A DNA stretch of 64,000 nucleotides from Acidimicrobiales bacterium (lineage in GTDB: Bacteria; Actinomycetota; Acidimicrobiia; Acidimicrobiales; SZUA-35): positions 16,497 through 80,496 of the forward strand of contig JBBKWJ010000117.1 of NCBI GenBank assembly GCA_037968895.1. The letters run 5' to 3'. Positions 28,820 to 37,586 of this stretch are shown here, piece by piece; within the stretch, counting starts at the first letter, position 1, and each line of letters opens with the position of its first letter. The notes under the pieces are model-generated. The model saw only the letters and a list, made by a program, of their open reading frames with translations, was not told the DNA's origin and ran no database searches. The position numbers were made by a program, and so were the translations under genes.

Positions 28820-29688
28820 AGAAGCTCCTCAAGCAGTGGCGCAATCGAGGTCAACACATCGTCGGAGTCGACATGCTCGGGAAGTGTCACGATGGGGACG
28901 TCAATCGCTGCGGCCAGTGGCTCAAGTGCTTCTGTCGCCCGGCGCCGTGAGTCGAGCAACATTTTGGCGCCGATGCCGAGTGCATTGGACTTTTTCTTGG
29001 CGAGGCGGATCGCTTCGCGCTTGGCCTTGTCCGACAGTGGCCGTGGCACGCGGTTCGCAACAACGGCTCGAACCGCAACCGACGTCTCTGCTGTGATTCG
29101 CTTGTAGAGGTCAAGCGCCTCGGACACCGGCAACTCCTCAGCCAAGGTCACCACCACGGCTGCTGTGGTCTCGTCAGCGAGCATCGTTCGCATCCACGCG
29201 GTCTGTTTCGTGAGCGGTCCGAGCGGCACCATCTCGGCCAGCGTGTCCGGCGAAGCGAGAAGTTCAACCACGTGACCGGTGGCAGGCGCATCAAGAATCA
29301 CAAGGTCGTGCGAATCATACAGTGCCACGTTGCACACCTTGCCCATCGCCAGAATTTCGCGCACCCCGGGTGCCGCCACTGCGAGAAAATCGAAGGCTTT
29401 CGCGATCGGCCCAAGCCGTAGCCCCGGAATTGGGATGTGAAGGTAGAGATCGAGGTATTCGCGAAGCGCAACTTCAGTATTCAGATCAATGACGTCAATA
29501 CCGGGTCGGGGCTTGTGGCCAAGTGCCCTTCGAAGTCCGCCATCGCTGAGGCCGTCGATCGCGAGCACCTTCGCCCCGCGTTCAGCCGCAGCAACCGCAA
29601 GTCCGGCGCTAACCGTCGAGCGTCCAACCCCGCCCTTGCCCGCGACAACGAGAAGCCGCCGACGCATCGGCGGCTTCTTCGTTGACAT
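28816..29688 (-). CDS. ArsA/Get3-like ATPase (partner subunit)
   Basis: GKGGVGRST, APGVRE, LDAPATGH, EELPV.E, VANR. Confidence 0.88.
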   Translation of the reverse strand: MSTKKPPMRRRLLVVAGKGGVGRSTVSAGLAVAAAERGAKVLAIDGLSDGGLRRALGHKPRPGIDVIDLNTEVALREYLDLYLHIPIPGLRLGPIAKAFDFLAVAAPGVREILAMGKVCNVALYDSHDLVILDAPATGHVVELLASPDTLAEMVPLGPLTKQTAWMRTMLADETTAAVVVTLAEELPVSEALDLYKRITAETSVAVRAVVANRVPRPLSDKAKREAIRLAKKKSNALGIGAKMLLDSRRRATEALEPLAAAIDVPIVTLPEHVDSDDVLTSIAPLLEELL

Positions 29689-29698
29689 CACGTCGTCG

Positions 29699-29932
29699 TT
29701 ACGCTCCGAAGCCAATCCGGCGATCGGCGGTGTCGGTGCCGAGCTCGACAAATGAGACTCGTGCACTAGGTATGACTGTTTCTTTGCCCCGTGCATCGGC
29801 GAACCAGAGTGCCTCGCCCTCTGACGAAAGCGCAGCAGTAATCGATGCCTTCAGGGCTTCACGATCGGTGTCGTTAGCCATCTCAATTTCGATGACTTGG
29901 CCAGACTGCGCAATTCCAATACGGACGTCCAT
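29699..29932 (-). CDS. DUF3107 family protein
   Basis: MDVRIGI..., LWFAD.RG....IP....FVELG....RRIGFG. GGAGG precedes ATG 29932. Confidence 0.85.
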   Translation of the reverse strand: MDVRIGIAQSGQVIEIEMANDTDREALKASITAALSSEGEALWFADARGKETVIPSARVSFVELGTDTADRRIGFGA

Positions 29933-30019
29933 CCGTGCCTCCGGGGTTGTGCGGGCCATACGACCCGCGACGATGTGTACAGCTGAAACCTACCCGGCGA
30001 TCGGGTGGGTCCGAACCAA

Positions 30020-31159
30020 CTAGATGATCTTGAGTTCGGACCTGAAACGCTTGCGCGGCGCGAGCTCGACATCGACTCGTTCTGCCATTGCGGCAAACGC
30101 AGCGCCAGACTCTGTTGAGGTATCGACGGCGATGGGGTGTCCGGTGTCGCCGCCCTCGCGGAGCGCAGGAACCAGCGGCAGCTTGCCGAGGAGGGGAACC
30201 TCGAGTTGATCGGCGAGTTCTTGGCCGCCGCCACTTCCGAAGATCTCGTACTTCTTGCCGTCGTCGCCGGTGAACCAGCTCATGTTTTCGATGACGCCGC
30301 TCACTGTGATGTTGACCTTGTGCGCCATGTAAGCGGCGCGCTGAGCGACCTTCTGTGCTGCTGGCTGTGGCGTGGTGACAACAAACAGTTCACCGCGGGG
30401 CAGGAACTGGCTGATCGACAACGAGATATCGCCGGTGCCGGGTGGCAAGTCAACGAGAAGGTAGTCGGGCTCATCCCAGTACACGTCGGTGAGGAACTGC
30501 TCGAGTGCCTTGTGCAGCATCGGGCCTCGCCAGATCACTGGCTGGTCTTCTTCGACGAAGAAGCCCATCGAGATACAACGAACGCCGTATCTTTCCGGCG
30601 GAACGATCATTTCGTCGATGATGGTTGGGTCTTGGCTTACACCGAGCATGCGAGGAATTGAGAAACCCCAAACATCGGCATCGACGATTGCGACTTTCTT
30701 GCCCCGGTTGGCGAGGGCGACGGCGAGGTTTGTCGTAACCGAACTCTTGCCAACGCCTCCTTTGCCAGACGCAATCAGGAGAACCCTGGTGTTGTTGCCG
30801 GGATCGGCGAAGGGAATTGCCCGGCCTTCGGCGTGGCCGTGTGCAGGCTGGGATCCGGCGGTTGCACCGGGGTCGCCGTTGAGCTGGACCCGCACGGCCG
30901 CACGCTGCTCGTCGGTCATGACGCCAAACTCGACAACGACGTCAGAGATGTCGTCGAGAGCCAGAACAGCGTTCTTGACTCTCCCGTCGATCTCAGCCCG
31001 GAGCGGGCAGCCAGCAATAGTGAGGTCGATGCCGATGACGGCTCGGGGCGGGGTGAGCTCGATATTGCGCACCATGCCGAGGTCGACGATGCTTCGATGC
31101 AACTCGGGGTCTTGTACTGGCCGTAGCGCTTCGATTACGGCTTCTTTAGTGGTGGTCAC
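30020..31159 (-). CDS. mrp: Mrp/NBP35 (ApbC) Fe-S carrier ATPase with N-terminal DUF59 domain
   Basis: DPEL..SIVDLG, GCP, SGKGGVGKSS, DAD, WRGPM, DLPPGTGD, VIENMS. Confidence 0.93.
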   Translation of the reverse strand: MTTTKEAVIEALRPVQDPELHRSIVDLGMVRNIELTPPRAVIGIDLTIAGCPLRAEIDGRVKNAVLALDDISDVVVEFGVMTDEQRAAVRVQLNGDPGATAGSQPAHGHAEGRAIPFADPGNNTRVLLIASGKGGVGKSSVTTNLAVALANRGKKVAIVDADVWGFSIPRMLGVSQDPTIIDEMIVPPERYGVRCISMGFFVEEDQPVIWRGPMLHKALEQFLTDVYWDEPDYLLVDLPPGTGDISLSISQFLPRGELFVVTTPQPAAQKVAQRAAYMAHKVNITVSGVIENMSWFTGDDGKKYEIFGSGGGQELADQLEVPLLGKLPLVPALREGGDTGHPIAVDTSTESGAAFAAMAERVDVELAPRKRFRSELKII

Positions 31160-31212
31160 AGGATCTCCATCCAACGGGGTGTTGGGTATGTGTGAGTGGA
31201 TCTGGGCCGCCG

Positions 31213-31249
31213 AACACGATTTCTACTACGGCGGTAGGGGAATTGTGTT
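31213..31249. promoter_or_regulatory. Imperfect inverted repeat between divergent mrp and sufR-like genes; candidate operator
   Basis: AACACGATT...CTAC...GTAG...AATTGTGTT, directly upstream of the -10-like TAGACT (31250-31255). Confidence 0.55.
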
Positions 31250-31261
31250 TAGACTATCGAA

Positions 31262-31975
31262 GTGGCTGAGCGATCCCTGAATCCAACCGAGTTTGCGAAC
31301 CTCGTCAACGCAATAACCTCAGCATTCGGCGATCCGACACGACGAGACATTTATCTGCTTGCTCACGAAAAGACCGACGGTCTAACCGTGAGCGAGGTCG
31401 CTGAAGCACGCGGTTTACACACCAACGTCGCTCGTCACCACCTCGACAAACTCGCAGGTGGAGGGTATCTCGAAGTCACTCAGCGCTCGTCGTCGGGAGC
31501 AGGGCGGCCAGCCAAGGTATATCGGGCCGTCGACCCTGACCTCCACCTCGACTTCGAAGTCCGTCACAACGACATTCTTGTGACGCTGCTCGGCAAGGCG
31601 CTCAGCCGTCTGCCCGCATCTGAAGCAGCAGAACTGGCTGAAGAGGTTGGACTCGAATTTGGGCGTCAAATGGCTGCATCGAATCCGAATACTGAGCAGT
31701 CGTTTCGCTCGGCGCTTCATGTCGTCGCTGACGCGCTGTCAGCTCACGGTTTTGCAGCTCACGCCGAACAACACGGCGATGAGCTCCGGATTGTTTCCAA
31801 CCATTGCCCGTTTGGCGACGTAGCGATCGAGCATCCTGTCATCTGCGCCGTCGATCGGGGCATGGTCAAGGGTCTCCTAGGATCGATCTACGGCGAAACA
31901 ACCGTCGCTATTGGTTCGTCCATCGCCCGAGGCGACCTCAACTGCACGGCGGACGTGCTTTCAGTGAAGGCCTAA
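31262..31975 (+). CDS. SufR-like (ArsR-type HTH) Fe-S-sensing regulator
   Basis: DPTRRDI, V.RHHLDKL, GAGRP...Y, C-terminal CPF...C...C ligands. Confidence 0.8.
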   Translation: MAERSLNPTEFANLVNAITSAFGDPTRRDIYLLAHEKTDGLTVSEVAEARGLHTNVARHHLDKLAGGGYLEVTQRSSSGAGRPAKVYRAVDPDLHLDFEVRHNDILVTLLGKALSRLPASEAAELAEEVGLEFGRQMAASNPNTEQSFRSALHVVADALSAHGFAAHAEQHGDELRIVSNHCPFGDVAIEHPVICAVDRGMVKGLLGSIYGETTVAIGSSIARGDLNCTADVLSVKA

Positions 31976-31981
31976 CGTTCG

Positions 31982-33058
31982 TTAGCGGCGGGGGTCGCTC
32001 TCGCGGATCGAACGGCGCAACATCGTGAACGGCTTGACCGGCGTCTTTGCCGCGCTGGCAAGACCCCGCAGGACGGTGCTTTCACCAAACTCTGGCGCAT
32101 GAATAAAGCCGGCCTTCACAAAGGCCGCGAACGACACCACACTGATTAGCGCCATAGCGCCAAGCACGAATTCCCAGCTCCACTGTTGGGTTGACCCTGG
32201 CAACCGGTCGATATTCATGCCGTACCAACCAGTAATCAACGTGAGCGGCAACAAGATGGCCGAGTACACGGCAAGAATCGTGGTGGCTGCGGCCTGCCGG
32301 TCGGCGGCCGCGCCACGGTACGTGTCGAGCGCATCGCTGAGTAGGGCCCGCGCTGCAAGCAGCGACTCAACGACCTGATTGTGCACGTCGTATGCGTCGC
32401 CGAGCATCGCGATTGAACCAGGGCCGAGTACCGCAACATTGCTCTTCCGCAGATTTGCGATCACCAAACGCTGGGGTCGAAGCACTTTTCGCACGGTGGT
32501 CTCTTCACGCCGAAGCACCTGCACATCTCGCAAAACATCAGGATCGGCATCGAGGGCGTCGTCTGCTATATCGTCGATCCTTCTCTCGAACTCAACAAGA
32601 ACCTCGAGGTAGCGACGTCCGATGACTTCAGCGAGCTGGGCGAAGAGTTCACCAGCGCCGTCCTCGCTCATATGCGAGTGACGCTGCACCGCACGCCACA
32701 ACCAGTCGATTCCCGGCACCGGACCGGCACTTACGGTGACCAAAAGGTTGTGCCCAACGAAACAGTCGACCTCGAGGGTGTCGACCCGCTCCCCCTCTGA
32801 CGTGAGCGCATGCAAAACGACAAAGAGGTGGTCGCCGTAGTCGGCAAACTTTGGCAGCTGCTCGATATCGAGGATGTCCTCAATGGCGGCCGGGTCGAAA
32901 TCAAACTGCGCACCAAGCGCATCGAGCTCATTTGCGTCGGTCGTCACAATATCGAGCCAAAAGAGAGAGCCTTCGGCGCGCAACATCGCACAGCTTTCGA
33001 CGTCGCTCGGCACGAGGGTCGCATCGCCATCGCGTCTCGCAAGAACGCGAGCGCTCAT
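31982..33058 (-). CDS. corA: CorA-family Mg2+ transporter
   Basis: WLDI, AIED, PK..DY, PLT.ITGWYGMN signature, two C-terminal TM helices. Confidence 0.93.
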   Translation of the reverse strand: MSARVLARRDGDATLVPSDVESCAMLRAEGSLFWLDIVTTDANELDALGAQFDFDPAAIEDILDIEQLPKFADYGDHLFVVLHALTSEGERVDTLEVDCFVGHNLLVTVSAGPVPGIDWLWRAVQRHSHMSEDGAGELFAQLAEVIGRRYLEVLVEFERRIDDIADDALDADPDVLRDVQVLRREETTVRKVLRPQRLVIANLRKSNVAVLGPGSIAMLGDAYDVHNQVVESLLAARALLSDALDTYRGAAADRQAAATTILAVYSAILLPLTLITGWYGMNIDRLPGSTQQWSWEFVLGAMALISVVSFAAFVKAGFIHAPEFGESTVLRGLASAAKTPVKPFTMLRRSIRESDPRR

Positions 33059-33090
33059 AGTGCTCGTCTTATTTGGTCACAGATTCGCAT
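33055..33090 (-). CDS. Putative leader peptide MRICDQIRRAL coupled to corA
   Basis: AGGAG 9 nt upstream of the ATG; its stop overlaps the corA start (ATGA). Confidence 0.35.
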   Translation of the reverse strand: MRICDQIRRAL

Positions 33091-33173
33091 GGGTTTCGAC
33101 TCCTGAAGGCCGCCGCCAACAGTACGCAAAAACGGAGCCATACAACCGGACCCTCGCCCGACTCGGTCGCCGT

Positions 33174-34268
33174 CTACGAGGCAAGCGTGACCGGGTGCGG
33201 CTCAAACTCAAGCCGTCCGTGGTCAATATTGGGCAACACGTAGCGGGCGAAAAGGTCGCACTCTGCGGCGTGCGGGTAGCCAGACAGGATGAAGGCTTCA
33301 ATACCGGCATCTTTGAGCTCGTTAATTTTGGCCAACACCTGGTCTGGATTGCCAACAATCGCCGCGCCGGCACCGGAACGAGCACGACCGACTCCGGTCC
33401 AGAGATGGCGCTCTACGTAGCCGTCATCGCCTGCTGATTCACGAAGTTCGGCCTGCCTGGCAACGCCAGCCGACGCTGAATCAAGCGACTTCTTTCGGAT
33501 CTCGGCTCCGGCAACATCGTCAAGCTTGCTGAGAAGACGCACGGCGGCGGCCCTTGCTTCATCCTCGGTTTCACGGACAATCACATGCGAGCGCCAGCCA
33601 TAACGAAGGCTTCGGCCTGCGGCGGCCGCCCTTGCATCCATATCGGCCTTGACCTCTAGCACCTTCTCGGTGGTGTCCGGCCACATCAGAAAGACGTCGG
33701 CACCGGCCGCGGCACAGTTGCGGGCCGCAGGCGATAGTCCGCCAAAGTAGAACAGCGGGCTCTTGCCACTCACGGTACGAATTCGAGGCGGCTCGACGTC
33801 AAGCTGCAAGAACTCGCCGTCCATCTTGACCGCATTGCCGTTTAGCAGCTCTCGAAGGGCAAACATGATCTCGATTGACCGCCGGTAGCGAGGCTCACTC
33901 TCGAGCACCTCGCCAGGCACGTCAGACGAAATGATATTGATGGTGAGGCGCCCTTCCAGAATCTGGTCGAGCGATGCGATCTGGCGGGCCAATTGAGGAA
34001 CTACCAACTCACCGCATCGGATCGCGAGAAGCATGCGGATATGGGGCGCGAGCGACGCCATTCCGGCAGCGAAGGTTGTGTTGTCGATGCCAAGTGCGTA
34101 GCCGGACGGCAGCAGTACATTGTCGAAACGATATCTGTCAGCCGTAGTGACAATATTTCGACAGTGTTCAAACGTACTAACCAACTCTGGATCGGGCTGA
34201 CCGAGAAACTCGTAGTCGTCATCGCACAACGCGCTAAACCAAGACATCTCAACTGGGCTACTTGTCAT
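33174..34268 (-). CDS. LLM-class flavin-dependent monooxygenase, sulfoquinovose monooxygenase (SmoC/SquD)-like
   Basis: WFSALC.DDY..LG, AIRCGE, N.ISSD.PGE, YFGG.SP, LMWP, LWTGVGRARSG.GAA.VG, FILSGYPH. These match Agrobacterium SmoC as I recall it. Confidence 0.8.
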   Translation of the reverse strand: MTSSPVEMSWFSALCDDDYEFLGQPDPELVSTFEHCRNIVTTADRYRFDNVLLPSGYALGIDNTTFAAGMASLAPHIRMLLAIRCGELVVPQLARQIASLDQILEGRLTINIISSDVPGEVLESEPRYRRSIEIMFALRELLNGNAVKMDGEFLQLDVEPPRIRTVSGKSPLFYFGGLSPAARNCAAAGADVFLMWPDTTEKVLEVKADMDARAAAAGRSLRYGWRSHVIVRETEDEARAAAVRLLSKLDDVAGAEIRKKSLDSASAGVARQAELRESAGDDGYVERHLWTGVGRARSGAGAAIVGNPDQVLAKINELKDAGIEAFILSGYPHAAECDLFARYVLPNIDHGRLEFEPHPVTLAS

Positions 34269-35350
34269 TTCAGAACCTCCGCTAGATCTACTACTCGTCC
34301 TTCATCAATACTCATGTGCGCTGCCGCTCCGACGGCGACAGACCAAAGTCCGTCGTCGAGGGTCGAATCGACTTCGCGTTCGCCACGAATCGCTTCACAG
34401 AAGCGTACGTGTTCGAGATAGCTGGCCCCGTGGTGGAGTCCTTCGTGCTGAATCGAATTATCGCTCACAATATGTTTCTCGACCTCGCCAAACCCGTGTG
34501 TGCCACGAAGGCCGATGCGAAGCTCGTTGTCAGGAATAAACGCCTCGACCTTGCCCCGCTCACCGATGACCGAGATCTCTTCCTGGTTCTGGGTTGCCTC
34601 CGCAAACATGCACAGGTCGAGCATCGCTCGACCGCCGGAGGGGTACTCGACAACAACAAAGGCGTTGTCGAGGATGTCGGGAACACGGCCGTCGTACATC
34701 TCGTCGAGATGGTTGACATCTTGCGCTCCTGAGGCCATAACCCTGACCGGTCGCTCGCCCATCAAGATGTCCATAAGATTGAAAAAGTGGCAACACTTCT
34801 CAACAAGCGTTCCACCGGTGTTCTCGCTGAAACGGTTCCAGTCATCGACCTTCGCTAGGAAGGGGAATCGGTGTTCGGTGATCGACACCATGCGAGGTGT
34901 GCCGACGGCGCCGCTGGCTATGGCCTCGATCAGCTTCGCCACTGGCGGCATATAGCGATACTCAAGGCCAACCCAGATAATCCGATCATGGGTCGACGCA
35001 TTGGCGAGCTCAATGACTTGTTGGCAGTCGCCGACCGTGGTGCACAGCGGCTTCTCGATGAGCACATGGACGTCAGTGGCGAGGACGTCGGCCATGATGC
35101 CGGCGTGCGTGAAGTTTGGAGTCGCCACAACAACCGCGTCTACTAGCCCGCTTGCGAGAAGATCGCGGTGATCAACGAACACCTCCGCTCCGGGCGCAGC
35201 GGCGAGGCCTGCATCACGCTGCGAAGCATTGGTGTCGCTGATGGCGGTCACCTTTGCGCCCTCAAGCGCATTGATGTTCTCGATGTGTTCGATGCCCATC
35301 ATTCCGGTGCCAATCACCCCGTATCGAATGAGTTCTGTAGTCATCTCCAC
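34265..35350 (-). CDS. Gfo/Idh/MocA-fold protein, probable NAD+-dependent sulfoquinovosidase (GH188/SqgA-like)
   Basis: Rossmann GTGMMG.EH, EKP, GLEYRY, EHRFPFLAK, GGTLVEKCCHFF, LHHGA. ATGA-coupled to the monooxygenase. Confidence 0.75.
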   Translation of the reverse strand: MEMTTELIRYGVIGTGMMGIEHIENINALEGAKVTAISDTNASQRDAGLAAAPGAEVFVDHRDLLASGLVDAVVVATPNFTHAGIMADVLATDVHVLIEKPLCTTVGDCQQVIELANASTHDRIIWVGLEYRYMPPVAKLIEAIASGAVGTPRMVSITEHRFPFLAKVDDWNRFSENTGGTLVEKCCHFFNLMDILMGERPVRVMASGAQDVNHLDEMYDGRVPDILDNAFVVVEYPSGGRAMLDLCMFAEATQNQEEISVIGERGKVEAFIPDNELRIGLRGTHGFGEVEKHIVSDNSIQHEGLHHGASYLEHVRFCEAIRGEREVDSTLDDGLWSVAVGAAAHMSIDEGRVVDLAEVLK

Positions 35351-35393
35351 AGTCGACCAGAAAACACTCCATTTAGGAAGGACCTTCCCGCTG

Positions 35394-35428
35394 TAGGGAT
35401 ATCGGATATTCCTATAGGTATAGAATAG
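35394..35428. promoter_or_regulatory. LysR-type binding boxes in the divergent promoter
   Basis: AT-rich inverted repeat TAGGGATATC-g-GATATTCCTA, plus two T-N11-A motifs (ATCG-N7-CTAT at 35401; ATAG-N7-ATAG at 35414). Confidence 0.65.
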
Positions 35429-35435
35429 TTTTACG

Positions 35436-36320
35436 ATGACAGATCTTGACCTCCACGCCTTGCGCCTATTTCTCGCAGTCAGCGAACTCGGCAGCTTGTC
35501 GAAGGCGGCAGTCCGACACGACCTCGCTCAACCATCGGTGACATCACGGCTGCAAAAACTTGAGCGGCAGCTCGGCGTTGAGCTTCTCGAACGCAACGCC
35601 ACAGGCTCAACCCCATCAGCCATTGGTGCTCAGCTTGCCGCTCACGCAGCCGAAGTCCTTGCGGTGGCTGACGGGTTCGTCGCGGCGGCCGCCATGCTCG
35701 GCGCGCCGGAACGTAAGAACCTCGCAATAGCGGCGACAAGCGGCGTAGTCCGCCACTACCTTCCGGTTTGGCTTTCAACCAACGCACTCGAAGGGGTCCA
35801 GCTTGAAGTGAGCGAAGCCTCGACAGCCCGGGTCGCGGCTCTGGTGCGCAGTGGATCGGTTGCGCTCGGATTCCTCGACGGACCGACCGCACCGCTCGGC
35901 CTTCGATCAGTCGTTGTGGCAACAAACGAACTCTTTGCGGTCGGCTCGCCCTCGCATCCAACTCTGCGGCAACGGCGGGTTCACACTCCCAACAGCTTCC
36001 TCAAGGCTCCCCTCATCGGGCAATCTCCAAGATCAGGTACTCGAGACTGTGTCGAAGCGGCGCTGAGTCCGCATGGCTTCACTGGGTTCTTTCGAGAGGT
36101 CGCAACGGCCGATGAAGCCAAGCTCGCCGCGATAGCGGGGGCGGGCATCGCCATCCTTCCTCACGCGGCCGTCAGCGACGACCTCGATGCGGGACGCCTT
36201 GCTCGAGTTTCGCTGCGCGGGGTCGTTCTGCAACAGCCGGTTCGCGCAACCTGGCGGGGCAGCCGCCCCGCTGAGAGTTCGGCCCGGGCGCTGCTCGACA
36301 TCAGTCTCGAACGTGAGTAG
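35436..36320 (+). CDS. LysR-family transcriptional regulator
   Basis: L..F..V.E.GSLSKAA...LAQPSVT..LQKLE..LGV.LL.R; 294 aa. Confidence 0.95.
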   Translation: MTDLDLHALRLFLAVSELGSLSKAAVRHDLAQPSVTSRLQKLERQLGVELLERNATGSTPSAIGAQLAAHAAEVLAVADGFVAAAAMLGAPERKNLAIAATSGVVRHYLPVWLSTNALEGVQLEVSEASTARVAALVRSGSVALGFLDGPTAPLGLRSVVVATNELFAVGSPSHPTLRQRRVHTPNSFLKAPLIGQSPRSGTRDCVEAALSPHGFTGFFREVATADEAKLAAIAGAGIAILPHAAVSDDLDAGRLARVSLRGVVLQQPVRATWRGSRPAESSARALLDISLERE

Positions 36321-36331
36321 CGCCCAGCTTG

Positions 36332-37063
36332 CTAGCCGACGTCAAGCCCGCAGACGAGCCAATCGCCACCATCTTTGACCATGGAGAAGACGATTGGGAA
36401 CACGTCGCCTGAGGTGATGGTTCCGGATACCTCGCCTGTCGTGCGGCCGTTGACGCTGGAGACGTTCGACGAATTGAGATTGTAGTCCTCAATGTCGTTT
36501 CCAGAGAAGAAGTCAACAAGGTCGGCTTTCGCCGTTGAACCGAAACACTCAGACGAATCAGACGTCAACGACGCCGCAGCGTCAAAGTCGCCGTTGTCGA
36601 CCGCCGCAAGGAACTCATTGGCTGCGTCGACCTGGCCAGACACGGCACGGAAGAGCGCATACGAACAGCCTCCGATGCCGAGAATCATGACCATGAAGAT
36701 GCCGAGGATCCAGGGCCAAATCTTTCGCTTCTTCTTCGGCTCGTCGCCGTATACAGGGCCGCCAGCGGCGACGTCGTATGCCGGTTGATACGCCTGGTTT
36801 GGTGGCTGATAGCCACCTACTGGTTGACCAGGAGCGGCGTACCCCGGCTGAGCCGGCGGTGCGAACCCAGGTTGGCCTGGAGGTGGTCCGTAACCCGGCT
36901 GCGCCGGTGGCGGGTTGTAGGTTGGTTGAGCAGGTGCGGGCCCGTAGCCGGGCTGTCCTGTGCCCGGCACTGGTGGCGGCGAAAAGCCCGGGTCGAATGG
37001 CGAATCGGGGCCGGATGGCGGCTGCCCTGGTTCGCCCGGCGCTGGCCAGTTCTGATCGGTCAT
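36332..37063 (-). CDS. Pro-rich single-pass membrane protein with small extracellular domain
   Basis: Pro/Gly/Gln/Tyr-rich N-terminus, KKKRK then a TM helix, C-terminal domain with two Cys and W.VCG. GGGAGG SD upstream. Confidence 0.75.
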   Translation of the reverse strand: MTDQNWPAPGEPGQPPSGPDSPFDPGFSPPPVPGTGQPGYGPAPAQPTYNPPPAQPGYGPPPGQPGFAPPAQPGYAAPGQPVGGYQPPNQAYQPAYDVAAGGPVYGDEPKKKRKIWPWILGIFMVMILGIGGCSYALFRAVSGQVDAANEFLAAVDNGDFDAAASLTSDSSECFGSTAKADLVDFFSGNDIEDYNLNSSNVSSVNGRTTGEVSGTITSGDVFPIVFSMVKDGGDWLVCGLDVG

Positions 37064-37244
37064 GTGTGGGTTTCCCTCCCTTTGTCGCCCGGAGCGACGT
37101 CTCTTGTCGACAAGTCACACTCAGACGCCATGATCTTAGTCTGTTCGCGATAGTGACACAGGATGACAACGCGTTGATAAACGCAAACTTCCTTCATCGC
37201 ATGTGGCGAGCCATTCGGTTTGGTTCTCCGGCACACTCAACAAG

Positions 37245-37586
37245 ATGATCACGATTACGGGCAGCAAGCTTCAGGCGCTGATCTACGGATGGGCCGCAAT
37301 CGTCGGCCTCGTTGTGCTGCGCGACACACATCTTGTTCTTGCCATCGCTATTGGCGTCGTTGGTGGAGTACTCAGCCTTGCCGTTGCCCGTCGCCGCGTC
37401 GAACTCGGCGATGACACTGTTACCGCCCGCTCGCTACTCCGTTCGAGCGAGGGCAGCCGACAATCGGTCGCCAAAGAGTTTGGCCATCGTTATCTCAAAC
37501 TCACTTTCGAAGGCGGCCAAACGCACCGCATCGAAGTCCCCGTCGAAGTTCGACCGAACGTCCGCGACTGGGTAAACGACGTCTAG
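37245..37586 (+). CDS. Small membrane protein, two TM helices plus bacterial PH-like tail
   Basis: Two hydrophobic segments followed by a beta-rich tail. CACACT lies 7 nt upstream of the ATG. Confidence 0.55.
   Translation: MITITGSKLQALIYGWAAIVGLVVLRDTHLVLAIAIGVVGGVLSLAVARRRVELGDDTVTARSLLRSSEGSRQSVAKEFGHRYLKLTFEGGQTHRIEVPVEVRPNVRDWVNDV

Noticed and set aside
27770..29688. Arsenic resistance operon
   Set aside because: There is no arsB/acr3, arsC, arsR or arsD nearby, and no obvious metalloid-binding Cys cluster.
36770..37050. Tandem DNA repeat
   Set aside because: The repetition reflects Pro/Gly/Gln-rich coding sequence, not an exact DNA array.
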